Source of the DNA: a virus
IMG/VR virus record: IMGVR_UViG_3300033984_000205
Coordinates: 1 to 64,000 of that record
Direction: 5' to 3' (one strand)
DNA: 64,000 bases
Part shown: positions 1 through 9,015 of the stretch, piece by piece
Layout of the letters: each line of letters opens with the position of its first letter
Position numbering within the stretch: the first letter of the stretch is position 1
Position numbers and translations under genes: made by a program
The notes under the pieces: generated by a model
Told to the model about the DNA's origin: nothing
Database searches by the model: none
What the model saw: only the letters and a program-made list of their open reading frames with translations

Positions 1-1107
1 GAACCCAATGCTACCTCAACAAGTCAATTAAAATCTTGGCTTTTCAGTTTGGGATGGACACCAACAGTATTTAACTATGTAAAAGAAGAAGAGTCTACAA
101 GAGCTGTACCTCAGATTCAAGATAAAGATAAAAAGCTTTGTCCTAACATATTGGTGCTAGCTGAAACATATCCTGTGCTTGAAAATCTAAAGGGATTATT
201 TATGCTTCAACATAGAATTGGTGTTCTTAAAGGTTTTCTAGAGTGTTCTAATGAGCAAGGTAAAATGCAAGCTCAAGTAGCAGGATTTACTAATACTCTT
301 AGATTTAAACATAAGAAACCTGTAGCAAATCTTCCTAGTGTAGATAAGCCTTATGGTAAGGAAATCAGAGGAGCTATTATAGCACCTGATGAGAATCATC
401 TATTTTGTGGTTCAGATATGTCTTCATTAGAAGATACTACTAAACAACATTATATGATGTTCTATGATCCTGATTATGTTACTCAAATGAGAACTCCAGG
501 ATTTGATCCACATCTTGATGTTGCTGTATTATCAGGTATGTTGACTCCTGAACAAGTAGAAGAGCACAAACTTTATGAAAGAACAGAGGGCAAAGAAGGG
601 ACATCTTACAAGAAGGTTAGAACTAAAGCTAAAGTGGTAAACTTTTCAGGTATTTATGGTGCAGGACCAGCAAAGATAGCTTTAACTACAGGTATGTCCT
701 TAGAAGAAGCTACACTACTGCATAAGATTTACTGGGAAAGAAACAAATCTGTAAAGCAAATTACTAATGATGTTGTATTCAAAGAAGTAAGAAAACAAAT
801 GTGGCTTTACAATCCTGTAAGTACTTTTTGGTATTCTTTGAGACAACCTAAAGATAGATTCAGTACTCTTAATCAAGGTACAGGAGTTTATTGCTTTGAC
901 ACTCATATTAAGAATGTTAGAGCACAAGGCATTAAGATTAGTTTGCAGTATCATGATGAGATTGGCTTTAGTTTCTTAAAAACAGAAGAACAACAAGTAA
1001 AAGATAAACTTAACAAAGCTATAAAACTTACTAACAAAGCATTAAATCTTAATGTTCCACTTGGTATTTCTATAGATATAGGCAAAAACTATGCAGAAGC
1101 CCATTAA
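1..1107 (+). CDS. polA: DNA polymerase family A, C-terminal polymerase domain (5' partial)
   Basis: Motif A GSDMSSLED, motif B RTKAKVVNFSGIYGAG, motif C QYHDEI. Frame is open back to base 1, so the gene starts upstream of the window. Confidence 0.95.
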   Translation, partial: EPNATSTSQLKSWLFSLGWTPTVFNYVKEEESTRAVPQIQDKDKKLCPNILVLAETYPVLENLKGLFMLQHRIGVLKGFLECSNEQGKMQAQVAGFTNTLRFKHKKPVANLPSVDKPYGKEIRGAIIAPDENHLFCGSDMSSLEDTTKQHYMMFYDPDYVTQMRTPGFDPHLDVAVLSGMLTPEQVEEHKLYERTEGKEGTSYKKVRTKAKVVNFSGIYGAGPAKIALTTGMSLEEATLLHKIYWERNKSVKQITNDVVFKEVRKQMWLYNPVSTFWYSLRQPKDRFSTLNQGTGVYCFDTHIKNVRAQGIKISLQYHDEIGFSFLKTEEQQVKDKLNKAIKLTNKALNLNVPLGISIDIGKNYAEAH

Positions 1108-1348
1108 TTACACAGACTTTTTTACTTTCTTTTTAGCTCAACCTATAGCAGTATTAGTAGGAGGTGCTACTGAAAAAGAAATCTTAGAAGAATTAGAATT
1201 TAATGAACTATTTCCTTTAAGCTTCATCAGAGAAAAGGATAATCCCTACTTTAAAGCTACAGCTATAGCACTAAAAGCTCAAGGAGTTACACAAAAATTA
1301 AAATTTATTATCATACCTATAGGGTATACTAAAGAGTATTTAACATGA
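1091..1348 (+). CDS. hypothetical protein
   Basis: 85-aa ORF overlapping its neighbours in the operon. Confidence 0.6.
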   Translation: MQKPINYTDFFTFFLAQPIAVLVGGATEKEILEELEFNELFPLSFIREKDNPYFKATAIALKAQGVTQKLKFIIIPIGYTKEYLT

Positions 1349-2613
1349 GAAAGTATTTTAGAGAGTTAGAGGTGCTCTTCCAAAACCCCAATTCAGTTCT
1401 TACTTACATTGATAAAATAGAAGCTTTAAGAGAACATATTACAGACCCCTTAGCTATTACTGAATTTGTAAATAAAGTTAGGGAAAAAGTTCAAATTGAA
1501 GCCATACAAGCTGTTATAGATAATGAAGGAGGAATGGTAGCTATGGCAACAGGTTCAGGTAAGTCAAGAGTAGCAGTAGAGTTAGCTAAATATTACTGTG
1601 AACCTTTTGTTTCAGATATAGCTTTATTAGTACCTACTGAAAAACTTAGAGATGAAAACTGGTTAGAAGAATTTGAAAAATGGGGAGGAATGCATCTTTG
1701 GAATGATACTCAAAGGTTATGCTATGCTTCAGCATCTAAAATTAAAATTAAAAGTTTTAGTTTAGCTATTTTAGATGAAAGTCACAATATTACAGAATTA
1801 GCTTCTGAATTCTTTTATAATAATAGAATATTGAGAACAGTGTTTCTTACTGCAACACTGCCTACTGATCCTATTAAAGTAGAAATACTTAGAAGACTAG
1901 AAGTTAACCTTGTCTATCAATTGACTTTAGACCAAGCTGTGAGACTAGGATTTGTAGCACCATATAAGATTACTGTTATTACAGTACCTTTAGATAATGT
2001 TACAAAGAATATTCCTGGTGGTAATAAAACTAATCCTTTTATGACTACTGAATCTGCTACTTATGCTTATTGGAATAAAAGAGTTCAATCTTGTATGGGA
2101 AATCAAACTCCTCAAGGTAAAGCTAAAATGAAGTTTGCTGTCCTTGGTAGAATGCAGTTTATATACAAAATTCCTTCTAAAACTGCAGTAATTAAGTTTT
2201 TACTTGATAAAGTAATCAGTAAAACAGATAGAACTATTATTTTCTGCGGTAATATAGAACAAGCTGAAGTAGTGTGTCCTACATTTTATCATTCTAAATC
2301 TACTAGTGTAGCTTATGATGATTTTAAAGCTGAGAGAATCAATAGGTTATCTTGTGTAAAAGCAATCAATGAAGGTCATAACTTTCCTGGTATTGACTCT
2401 GGCATTATAGGTCAGTTAAACTCTAAAGAAAAAGATTTGGTGCAAAGAATTGGCAGATTGATTAGGTTTAGGCCTGGACATGAAGCTCATTTGTACATAG
2501 TAATTTCTGAATCAACTCAAGATGAGAAATGGTTAGAAAATGCTACTGAAAACTTAGATCAATCTAAGATAGAATATATAAGAATTGATAACTTTAAAAA
2601 AAGATTTGTATGA
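1345..2613 (+). CDS. superfamily 2 (DExH) helicase
   Basis: Walker A MATGSGKS, motif II LDESH, motif III TAT, motif VI QRIGRLIR. Confidence 0.93.
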   Translation: MRKYFRELEVLFQNPNSVLTYIDKIEALREHITDPLAITEFVNKVREKVQIEAIQAVIDNEGGMVAMATGSGKSRVAVELAKYYCEPFVSDIALLVPTEKLRDENWLEEFEKWGGMHLWNDTQRLCYASASKIKIKSFSLAILDESHNITELASEFFYNNRILRTVFLTATLPTDPIKVEILRRLEVNLVYQLTLDQAVRLGFVAPYKITVITVPLDNVTKNIPGGNKTNPFMTTESATYAYWNKRVQSCMGNQTPQGKAKMKFAVLGRMQFIYKIPSKTAVIKFLLDKVISKTDRTIIFCGNIEQAEVVCPTFYHSKSTSVAYDDFKAERINRLSCVKAINEGHNFPGIDSGIIGQLNSKEKDLVQRIGRLIRFRPGHEAHLYIVISESTQDEKWLENATENLDQSKIEYIRIDNFKKRFV

Positions 2614-2831
2614 GATTACTAACTTATTATCAATATCTAGGTTTAGGTAAAATTAGACCTGTAGATATAGATACTATTGAAAAAACAACTAATCCAGGTG
2701 CTATTTGTACAGTGCAACAACATATGGTTATTAATGTCTTCGATAAGACTTTTAGTCTAGAAGAAATCAAAGAAATAGTTGAATTTATAACTGAAAAAAT
2801 TGAGAAAGATGAAAATAAACATACAGATTAG
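2610..2831 (+). CDS. hypothetical protein
   Basis: 73-aa ORF with ATGA overlap on the helicase stop. Confidence 0.6.
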   Translation: MRLLTYYQYLGLGKIRPVDIDTIEKTTNPGAICTVQQHMVINVFDKTFSLEEIKEIVEFITEKIEKDENKHTD

Positions 2832-3351
2832 AGCAATACTTGATACTTACAATATTCCTGTTGAAGATGGTATAGCATATCTTCTTTCAATATATTTTAA
2901 TTGTAGACCTTCTTATACTCCTCCTCTTTTAGTTCAAAGAATGAATGTTACTAACATTCTTGGCATTGATGCTAATAGAGAAGTTATGTGGCATATTCCT
3001 TTATTTGAGGAAGGCAGTCATACTAAGTGGGATTGGGTTAAAGAATGGAATCAAGAATTTGGTAACATTAACAAAAAAAGAAAAGGTCCAGACAAAGATT
3101 GTATTACAAGGATGAAAGCATTTTTTGCTGATAACCCTGATGTAAGAAAAGAAGATGTCATTGGAGCAACTAAGATGTATTTTAGAACTCTTAGCAATGC
3201 AGAATATCTTATCTCATCTCATTACTTTATAAGTAAAGGTGTAGGTAGAGATAGAACTTCAGCACTAGAAGGTTGGGTAGAAAAGTATAGAGAAGCTCTT
3301 GCTGATACCTCAACCAATGACAGTGTTGACATAACTTCAAGAATGCAATAA
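2809..3351 (+). CDS. hypothetical protein, possible replication initiator or helicase loader
   Basis: Coupled (TAATG) to the DnaB-like gene. ATG at 2809 preferred over TTG at 2800. Function inferred from position only. Confidence 0.55.
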   Translation: MKINIQIRAILDTYNIPVEDGIAYLLSIYFNCRPSYTPPLLVQRMNVTNILGIDANREVMWHIPLFEEGSHTKWDWVKEWNQEFGNINKKRKGPDKDCITRMKAFFADNPDVRKEDVIGATKMYFRTLSNAEYLISSHYFISKGVGRDRTSALEGWVEKYREALADTSTNDSVDITSRMQ

Positions 3352-4613
3352 TGAATTTTAGAGCAGCCTTTGAAGCAGGTCAGAAAGGTAGTAATAAAGG
3401 CCTTCCTATGGGGGAAGGTTTGAAGACTATCTCACAGGCAATTAATGGAATCCAAAGAGGAAGAATTTACACTGTTGGAGCTGCCCCAAAGGGAGGGAAG
3501 TCAACTTTTGTAGATGTAGGTTTTTGTATAGAACCTGCTGTCTATGTATTGGACCATAATGCCAAAATTAATGCTTCTATGGAAGCAATTGCCACTAAAC
3601 TTGAAACAATGGCTGACCCTGATACTAGAAATGCTCTCAATACAGAGTATGAAAGTCTTAATGGTAAGTTACTTGATGTTGAGTTTATCTATAACTCTTT
3701 TGAGATTGATAGAGTAAGTAAAGAATTTGATTTTGTTGCACATTTCCTCAACAAGGATTTTAACATTTATCTGATAACTTTACCTGCTGGAAAAACTTAT
3801 AAAGAGAAAAATGTTGTATCTTTATCCTCTGCCTTTTTAAAAGGCGAGTTGGAATATGATACTGCAACTCCTGATGCTCCTAAAGAAATTATTAGAGTTT
3901 CTGAAGATTTAATCTCTAAGATTAAAGTCATTTACAGAAACAGAATAGTTCCTTTATTTGGTGAGTATAATGATAAGGGAGAGAAAGTTTCTAAAGGGAT
4001 TATTAAGTTTTTGGAAATCAAAGACAATCCTACTGGAATCAGAAATTATCTTTTAGGTTATGCTAGAGAAAATGGTGAATTTTTGTATAGAACTACTGTT
4101 AAGGATGGGGTAACCTTTCAAAGAATGATTGGTTATAAACCTAATAATCCTGCTAAGTATGTTATTATCATTACTGACCATTTAAGAAAGCTATTACCTG
4201 AAAGAGGATTTAAGATGAAAGAAACTGTAGATAAATTCTCAGAATATGCTGTAGAGTTTAGAAACACTTGTAATTTCACATTTGTGCATATTATCCACCT
4301 TAATAGAGCACTGAGTGATATTGGAAGAAGGCAGTATGATGATGACAGATTGTTTCCACAATCTGATGATATTAAAGAAACAGGTAATCTAAGTGAGGAT
4401 AGTAATTATATCTTCACAATGTTTAATCCAAATGATGACAAGTTTAACTTGACTAAACACTTTGGAACTCCTATTAGAAGACCTGATAAATCTCTTTTGT
4501 ATCCATTTATGAGAACTATACATTTAGTAGAATCTAGACACAGTGTTTGTCCTCAACACTTTAGAGTCAACATGTATGGTGATGTTAAGAAATTTGAACC
4601 TTTAACTATTTAA
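3351..4613 (+). CDS. dnaB: DnaB-like (SF4) replicative helicase
   Basis: Walker A GAAPKGGKST, Walker B IIITDH, H3 HLNR, H4-like DIKETGNLSEDS. Confidence 0.85.
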   Translation: MNFRAAFEAGQKGSNKGLPMGEGLKTISQAINGIQRGRIYTVGAAPKGGKSTFVDVGFCIEPAVYVLDHNAKINASMEAIATKLETMADPDTRNALNTEYESLNGKLLDVEFIYNSFEIDRVSKEFDFVAHFLNKDFNIYLITLPAGKTYKEKNVVSLSSAFLKGELEYDTATPDAPKEIIRVSEDLISKIKVIYRNRIVPLFGEYNDKGEKVSKGIIKFLEIKDNPTGIRNYLLGYARENGEFLYRTTVKDGVTFQRMIGYKPNNPAKYVIIITDHLRKLLPERGFKMKETVDKFSEYAVEFRNTCNFTFVHIIHLNRALSDIGRRQYDDDRLFPQSDDIKETGNLSEDSNYIFTMFNPNDDKFNLTKHFGTPIRRPDKSLLYPFMRTIHLVESRHSVCPQHFRVNMYGDVKKFEPLTI

Positions 4614-4623
4614 AAGAGAAAGT

Positions 4624-5334
4624 ATGCCAAAGATTTTGGTTTTAGCCCCTAGTGGGTTTGGAAAGTCCACCAGTATTGGACAAATACCTGAGTTAGGTAT
4701 TAAAGGATTAAATCCTGAAGAAACTTATTTAATATCAGTTACTTCAAAACCTCTTCCTTTTAGAGGAAGTGGAACAGCATATCCAATTACCACAATGCCT
4801 GACTTAAAAACAGGTAGAAGAATCATTACTGATAATGCAAAAGACATAGAAGCTATCTTCTTAAATTTAGTAGCTAGTCCATTTAAGAATATTGTATGGG
4901 ATGACTCTAATTATGTAATGCAGAATTGGTTTATGGCTAATGCCTTGGCTAAGGGTTGGGATGCACCTAAGCAGATTGGTTATTTTATGGGTAAAATCTT
5001 TGATGCCATAGAAAAACTAGATGCAGCAGGTAAAAATGTGATCATTTTGGCTCATGGGGACAATGTTCCTGGTGCTGATGGTAGAATCTATATGAAGTAC
5101 AAAGCTACAGGTAAGATGGTAGATGAGTATTTGACTGTAGAGGGTAAAGTAGATGTTACTCTTATTGGTATTAGTAGATATGATGCTACTGCAAAGAAAG
5201 CTGTTAAAGAGTTCTTAACCAATGAGAATGAGCAGTATTCTTCAGCTAAATCTCCTATTGGGATGTTTGACCAACAATTTATTCCTAATGATTTAGGTTA
5301 TGTTGTTGACAAAATTGCTGAATACTATGGATAA
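4624..5334 (+). CDS. AAA ATPase (AAA_24 / Sak4-like recombination protein)
   Basis: Walker A APSGFGKST, Walker B IVWDD, ILAH motif; typical size and context. Confidence 0.8.
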   Translation: MPKILVLAPSGFGKSTSIGQIPELGIKGLNPEETYLISVTSKPLPFRGSGTAYPITTMPDLKTGRRIITDNAKDIEAIFLNLVASPFKNIVWDDSNYVMQNWFMANALAKGWDAPKQIGYFMGKIFDAIEKLDAAGKNVIILAHGDNVPGADGRIYMKYKATGKMVDEYLTVEGKVDVTLIGISRYDATAKKAVKEFLTNENEQYSSAKSPIGMFDQQFIPNDLGYVVDKIAEYYG

Positions 5335-5518
5335 TCTTCAATGGTATCTGTTAATTCTGCTAGGCATTATTGTTGGTGCTATGATAGGAATAATAACTAT
5401 TGCTTTACTAAAAAGTGGTAATCCTACTCAAAATCTTTGTCCAAGATGTTTAAATGAAACTGAAGAAGAAAGACAGTTACAAGAACAATGGGAAGAACAA
5501 CAAAAAGGTTACAATTAA
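5327..5518 (+). CDS. small membrane protein
   Basis: Hydrophobic helix WYLLILLGIIVGAMIGIITIALL followed by CPRC; likely start MDNLQ. Confidence 0.6.
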   Translation: MDNLQWYLLILLGIIVGAMIGIITIALLKSGNPTQNLCPRCLNETEEERQLQEQWEEQQKGYN

Positions 5519-5543
5519 TTTTTAATTTTTAAATTTATACATT

Positions 5544-5906
5544 ATGTCACAAGAAAATGTGCAAGCTGTTGTATCAGCACCACAAGTTTTAAGAATCACT
5601 ATTAGTGATGTTTTAGGCTTGTTAGACCAAGGTAAAAGCAGAAAAGAAATTGCTGAACACTATGGTAGAACTCAGTTAGAGATGAAGAAAATGGTTTGGG
5701 ATCACCCTAAATTAAAGAACAGAAAAGCCAAAAAGCAATATATAGGTATTGAGCTTGAGGATGATACTGAAGACATCAATGATGCAATGAGACCTCCTCT
5801 TCCTCCTGGAGAAGAAGAAACTACAACAACAGAACCTGTTGTAGAGCCTGTTGCTGTAATGGAAGAAGCTCAAGTTGAAGGTCCATCTTCATCAGACTGG
5901 AATTAA
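5544..5906 (+). CDS. hypothetical protein, possible HTH domain with acidic tail
   Basis: LLDQGKSRKEIAEHYG resembles a helix-turn-helix; acidic, Pro-rich C-terminus. Confidence 0.55.
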   Translation: MSQENVQAVVSAPQVLRITISDVLGLLDQGKSRKEIAEHYGRTQLEMKKMVWDHPKLKNRKAKKQYIGIELEDDTEDINDAMRPPLPPGEEETTTTEPVVEPVAVMEEAQVEGPSSSDWN

Positions 5907-5937
5907 GAATTTGTTTAATTAATTAAAAAGACTAAAT

Positions 5938-6711
5938 ATGTCACAATTACCTGGATACGGATTCGTATCAGATTCAGATGAATCATTAAAAACAAAAAGT
6001 GGAGCCAGATTTGGTGGTAACTTTGGAGTAGCAACTTTAGCAAAATTTGCTTACAGTCCTAATGTAGCTAAAGCTGGTCAAGAGCCAAGAGAAGCTATTG
6101 AGATTGAAGTAAAAGTTGGAGATAGAAGCTACAAAGAATGGATTAATCCTGTAACTAGAGTTGTTGATAAAAACAATGCTGAGATTACAGATAAAACTTC
6201 TGCTGAATATATCAGTGGTTTTACTCTTCTAATGAATCAGCAAAATGCTACAGTAACTCATTATTTGAAAGCTGTTGGTGTTACTGAAGACGGATTAAAA
6301 GCTGCTTTCACTACTCCTGCAGTTAGCTTTGCTGACTATGCTTCAAGAGTTTGTGCTTTATTACCTATTGGGTATGATAAAAAGCCACTTGACTTATTCT
6401 TAGAATATCAATGGAACTTTGGTAAAAAGCAAGATGGTGGTCTTAATGACAAAACCTATCCTACTTTGCCAAAGAACATGAAAGGTGGTTATTTTATTAT
6501 TCCTGCACAACCTGGAGTATTTGTTGAGAAAAGAGCTGAAGATGCTGCTTTATCTTATGAGAACTCTAATGGACAGAAACATCCTTTTGAAAGAGATGCT
6601 AACTTCATGACAGGTAACAAAGGTACTCAACAAGTATTGGGTCAAACTGCTAGCACTGGTGGAGCTATGGCAGCTCCTGCTATAGCAGGTAACCCTAATG
6701 GAACTTGGTAA
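5938..6711 (+). CDS. putative single-stranded DNA-binding protein
   Basis: Lies between the AAA ATPase and the primase; flexible Gly/Ala tail ending in an aromatic residue (NGTW). Confidence 0.5.
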   Translation: MSQLPGYGFVSDSDESLKTKSGARFGGNFGVATLAKFAYSPNVAKAGQEPREAIEIEVKVGDRSYKEWINPVTRVVDKNNAEITDKTSAEYISGFTLLMNQQNATVTHYLKAVGVTEDGLKAAFTTPAVSFADYASRVCALLPIGYDKKPLDLFLEYQWNFGKKQDGGLNDKTYPTLPKNMKGGYFIIPAQPGVFVEKRAEDAALSYENSNGQKHPFERDANFMTGNKGTQQVLGQTASTGGAMAAPAIAGNPNGTW

Positions 6712-6739
6712 TAATTAATTAAAATCTAACCTCTTTTAT

Positions 6740-7768
6740 ATGAGCCAATATCAATATAATTCAGATAACTTGCATAGAAGAGGTTTTATTAGTAAGGAAA
6801 GCATTTTAAGTTTAGTCACTCAGGAACAGATATTTGAGTTAGTATTCAATTTTATTCCTCAAGAGTTTGATTATGTGGTGTCTCCTTTAAGAAAAGATAG
6901 AACTCCAGGATGTTGGTTTAGTTACCATACTAATGGAGTTCTTTATTTTATTGATTTTGCTTATAGCAGAACTCATAGTGATTGTTTTAACCTAATTCAA
7001 GACTTTTTTAAATTTCCTAATTTCTATTTGACTTTAGAATATGTCCATAAAACCTTAATACAAGGTAAAACAGGCTTAGAGCCTATTATACAAAAAGAAG
7101 ACAGTATCAAAGTAGTCAAAGAAAAAGTTAAACTCCTAATTGAAGCAAGGCAATATACCTCTGCTGATGTGAAATTTTGGTCTCAATATGGTATTAGAAA
7201 GAAACATTTAGTTGAAGACAGGGTCTTTCCTGTACAAAAGTTATTTGCTTTGAACACTAAATCAGGTAGTCATATAATTGATTGTAAAGATATTGCATAC
7301 AGTTATAATGATTTTCCTGAATCTAGAAAGAAAGTCTATTTTCCTATGAGAGAAGGTAGTAGAAGGTTCTTAACTAATTGCACAAAGAATGATGTAGGTG
7401 GCATCAATTCCTTAATGCCTTATGGTAAAGAACTCATAATTACTAAATCTTATAAAGATTATAGGGTACTGAAGAATAGTGGCAAGAATGTGATTTGGTT
7501 TCAAAATGAAGGTATGATGCCCAATGATTTAATCTTAAATCAGTTGGTTAAAAATTTTGTTAATATCATTGTATGGTTTGATAATGATCAACCTGGTATT
7601 ATAGCTTCTGAAAAAATTAAAACTCATATTAATAATATTGTTCCAGGTAAGGCAAAGAATTTGTGGCTTCCAGAAAGAAGTCTAGAAGTAGGTATAAAAG
7701 ACCCTTCAGACTGTATTGCTAAAGACAAATCATTATTTACTCAATTCTTAAAAGATTTTACAAAATGA
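6740..7768 (+). CDS. DNA primase (Toprim)
   Basis: N-terminal SPLRKDRTPGC, Toprim IITKSYKD and WFDND DxD motif, KDPSD. Confidence 0.88.
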   Translation: MSQYQYNSDNLHRRGFISKESILSLVTQEQIFELVFNFIPQEFDYVVSPLRKDRTPGCWFSYHTNGVLYFIDFAYSRTHSDCFNLIQDFFKFPNFYLTLEYVHKTLIQGKTGLEPIIQKEDSIKVVKEKVKLLIEARQYTSADVKFWSQYGIRKKHLVEDRVFPVQKLFALNTKSGSHIIDCKDIAYSYNDFPESRKKVYFPMREGSRRFLTNCTKNDVGGINSLMPYGKELIITKSYKDYRVLKNSGKNVIWFQNEGMMPNDLILNQLVKNFVNIIVWFDNDQPGIIASEKIKTHINNIVPGKAKNLWLPERSLEVGIKDPSDCIAKDKSLFTQFLKDFTK

Positions 7769-8298
7769 ATTTTAAGCATATTCATTACTCTTGGAGACCT
7801 CTTCTGAGTGAATTTAACACAGATGCTTTCCTTTACTTCAAAAATGAATTGTTACCCAAAGAAAAATATTACCCTGAAGCTGATGAAGTCTTCAGGGTTT
7901 TTTCTATGCCTGTATCAGAAATTAAGGTTGTGCTAATAGCTAGAGAAGAAGCTTCTCCTATAGTACAAGAAGGCCTTTTCTTCTTAAGAATGTCCCTAAC
8001 TTTTGGGGCAACCACAGACCATAGTGAATATTGGGAACCATTCATTAAAAAGGTTATCTATTTTATTGCTAGGAGTAATCCTTGCATTTGGCTTTTGCCA
8101 ACAACAAAATCACAAAGTTATACAGCTAATCTACCTGCTAAAACTATATTTAATGTGATAAAGTATACTGATGAAACTATTCATCATATCCCTTTCAATG
8201 TAGATTACAACTATGTGTTTAAAGGGATATATATTAACCTTAAGCATGTAAACCTCCTTCTTAAAAAGAAAGGATTAACTGAATTAAATAATTTTTAA
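7765..8298 (+). CDS. uracil-DNA glycosylase-like protein, catalytic motif degenerate
   Basis: YYPEADEVFRVFSMPVSEIKVVLI, GLFFL..SLT and WEPFIKKVI track family-1 UNG, but GQDPY is replaced by AREEA and no HPSP motif is present. Confidence 0.7.
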   Translation: MNFKHIHYSWRPLLSEFNTDAFLYFKNELLPKEKYYPEADEVFRVFSMPVSEIKVVLIAREEASPIVQEGLFFLRMSLTFGATTDHSEYWEPFIKKVIYFIARSNPCIWLLPTTKSQSYTANLPAKTIFNVIKYTDETIHHIPFNVDYNYVFKGIYINLKHVNLLLKKKGLTELNNF

Positions 8299-8309
8299 AA
8301 ATTAAAACC

Positions 8310-8969
8310 ATGAGTGATGTACAAACTCCACAAAGAGAAATAACTATCTATGCTACTAGAGGTGGCCAAATGAAAAAAATCATGACTAATGCAAGTACTT
8401 GGGGAGAATTACAACCTCTTGTAAGAGCAGAAGGATTTGATTTAAGTTCTTTATTAGCAGCAGAAAACATTAACAAGTCTGACTTAGTAAATGATTTAGC
8501 TGTGTTGCCAGCAACAGATTTTAGATTATTCTTAAGACCAAAACAAACTAAGTCTGGTGCTTTAGACAGAAAAGAATGTTTTGCTGCTATCAAAATTTAT
8601 TTAGTAAATCATCCCCAAGATAAAGCTAAATTTACTGTTGATGGTAAAAATGTAACTCAATTGAGTACTGCTATAGTTCAAGACCTAGTTGCTAAGTATA
8701 TTGGTGGTATTAAATCTGAATCAAGTACTACTATAGCTTCTGAAACAATTAAAGAAGTTAAGTATGTTGCAGAAACTCCAACTAATGCTGATTTAACAGA
8801 CATTGAAAGAGTAGAAGAAGCTTTGTCTTTAATATCTACCTTGAAACAGTATGATGCTTATTACAAAGTTCTTAAGCATTTAGGAAAACTTCGTTTTCAA
8901 ATTTCTCCTGAAGCTAGACAATCTGAAGAAGATGAGCTAGCTAAAGAAGCTAGAGAATTAGGTTACTAG
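8310..8969 (+). CDS. putative ubiquitin-like (beta-grasp) precursor with C-terminal extension
   Basis: First 83 aa show a beta-grasp-like pattern (ITIYAT..MKKIMT..TWGELQPLV..FRLFLRPKQTKSG) ending in Gly83; lies just upstream of E2-like, JAB and E1 genes. Confidence 0.65.
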   Translation: MSDVQTPQREITIYATRGGQMKKIMTNASTWGELQPLVRAEGFDLSSLLAAENINKSDLVNDLAVLPATDFRLFLRPKQTKSGALDRKECFAAIKIYLVNHPQDKAKFTVDGKNVTQLSTAIVQDLVAKYIGGIKSESSTTIASETIKEVKYVAETPTNADLTDIERVEEALSLISTLKQYDAYYKVLKHLGKLRFQISPEARQSEEDELAKEARELGY

Positions 8970-8977
8970 TATTAATT

Positions 8978-9012
8978 AAGGGCTTATGTAATGTAAGCCC
9001 TTTAATTTCTTT
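8978..9012 (+). terminator. hairpin / probable leaky intrinsic terminator between the Ubl and E2-like genes
   Basis: AAGGGCTTA(8978-8986)...TAAGCCCTT(8994-9002) followed by T-rich TAATTTCTTT. Confidence 0.6.
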
Positions 9013-9015
9013 ATT

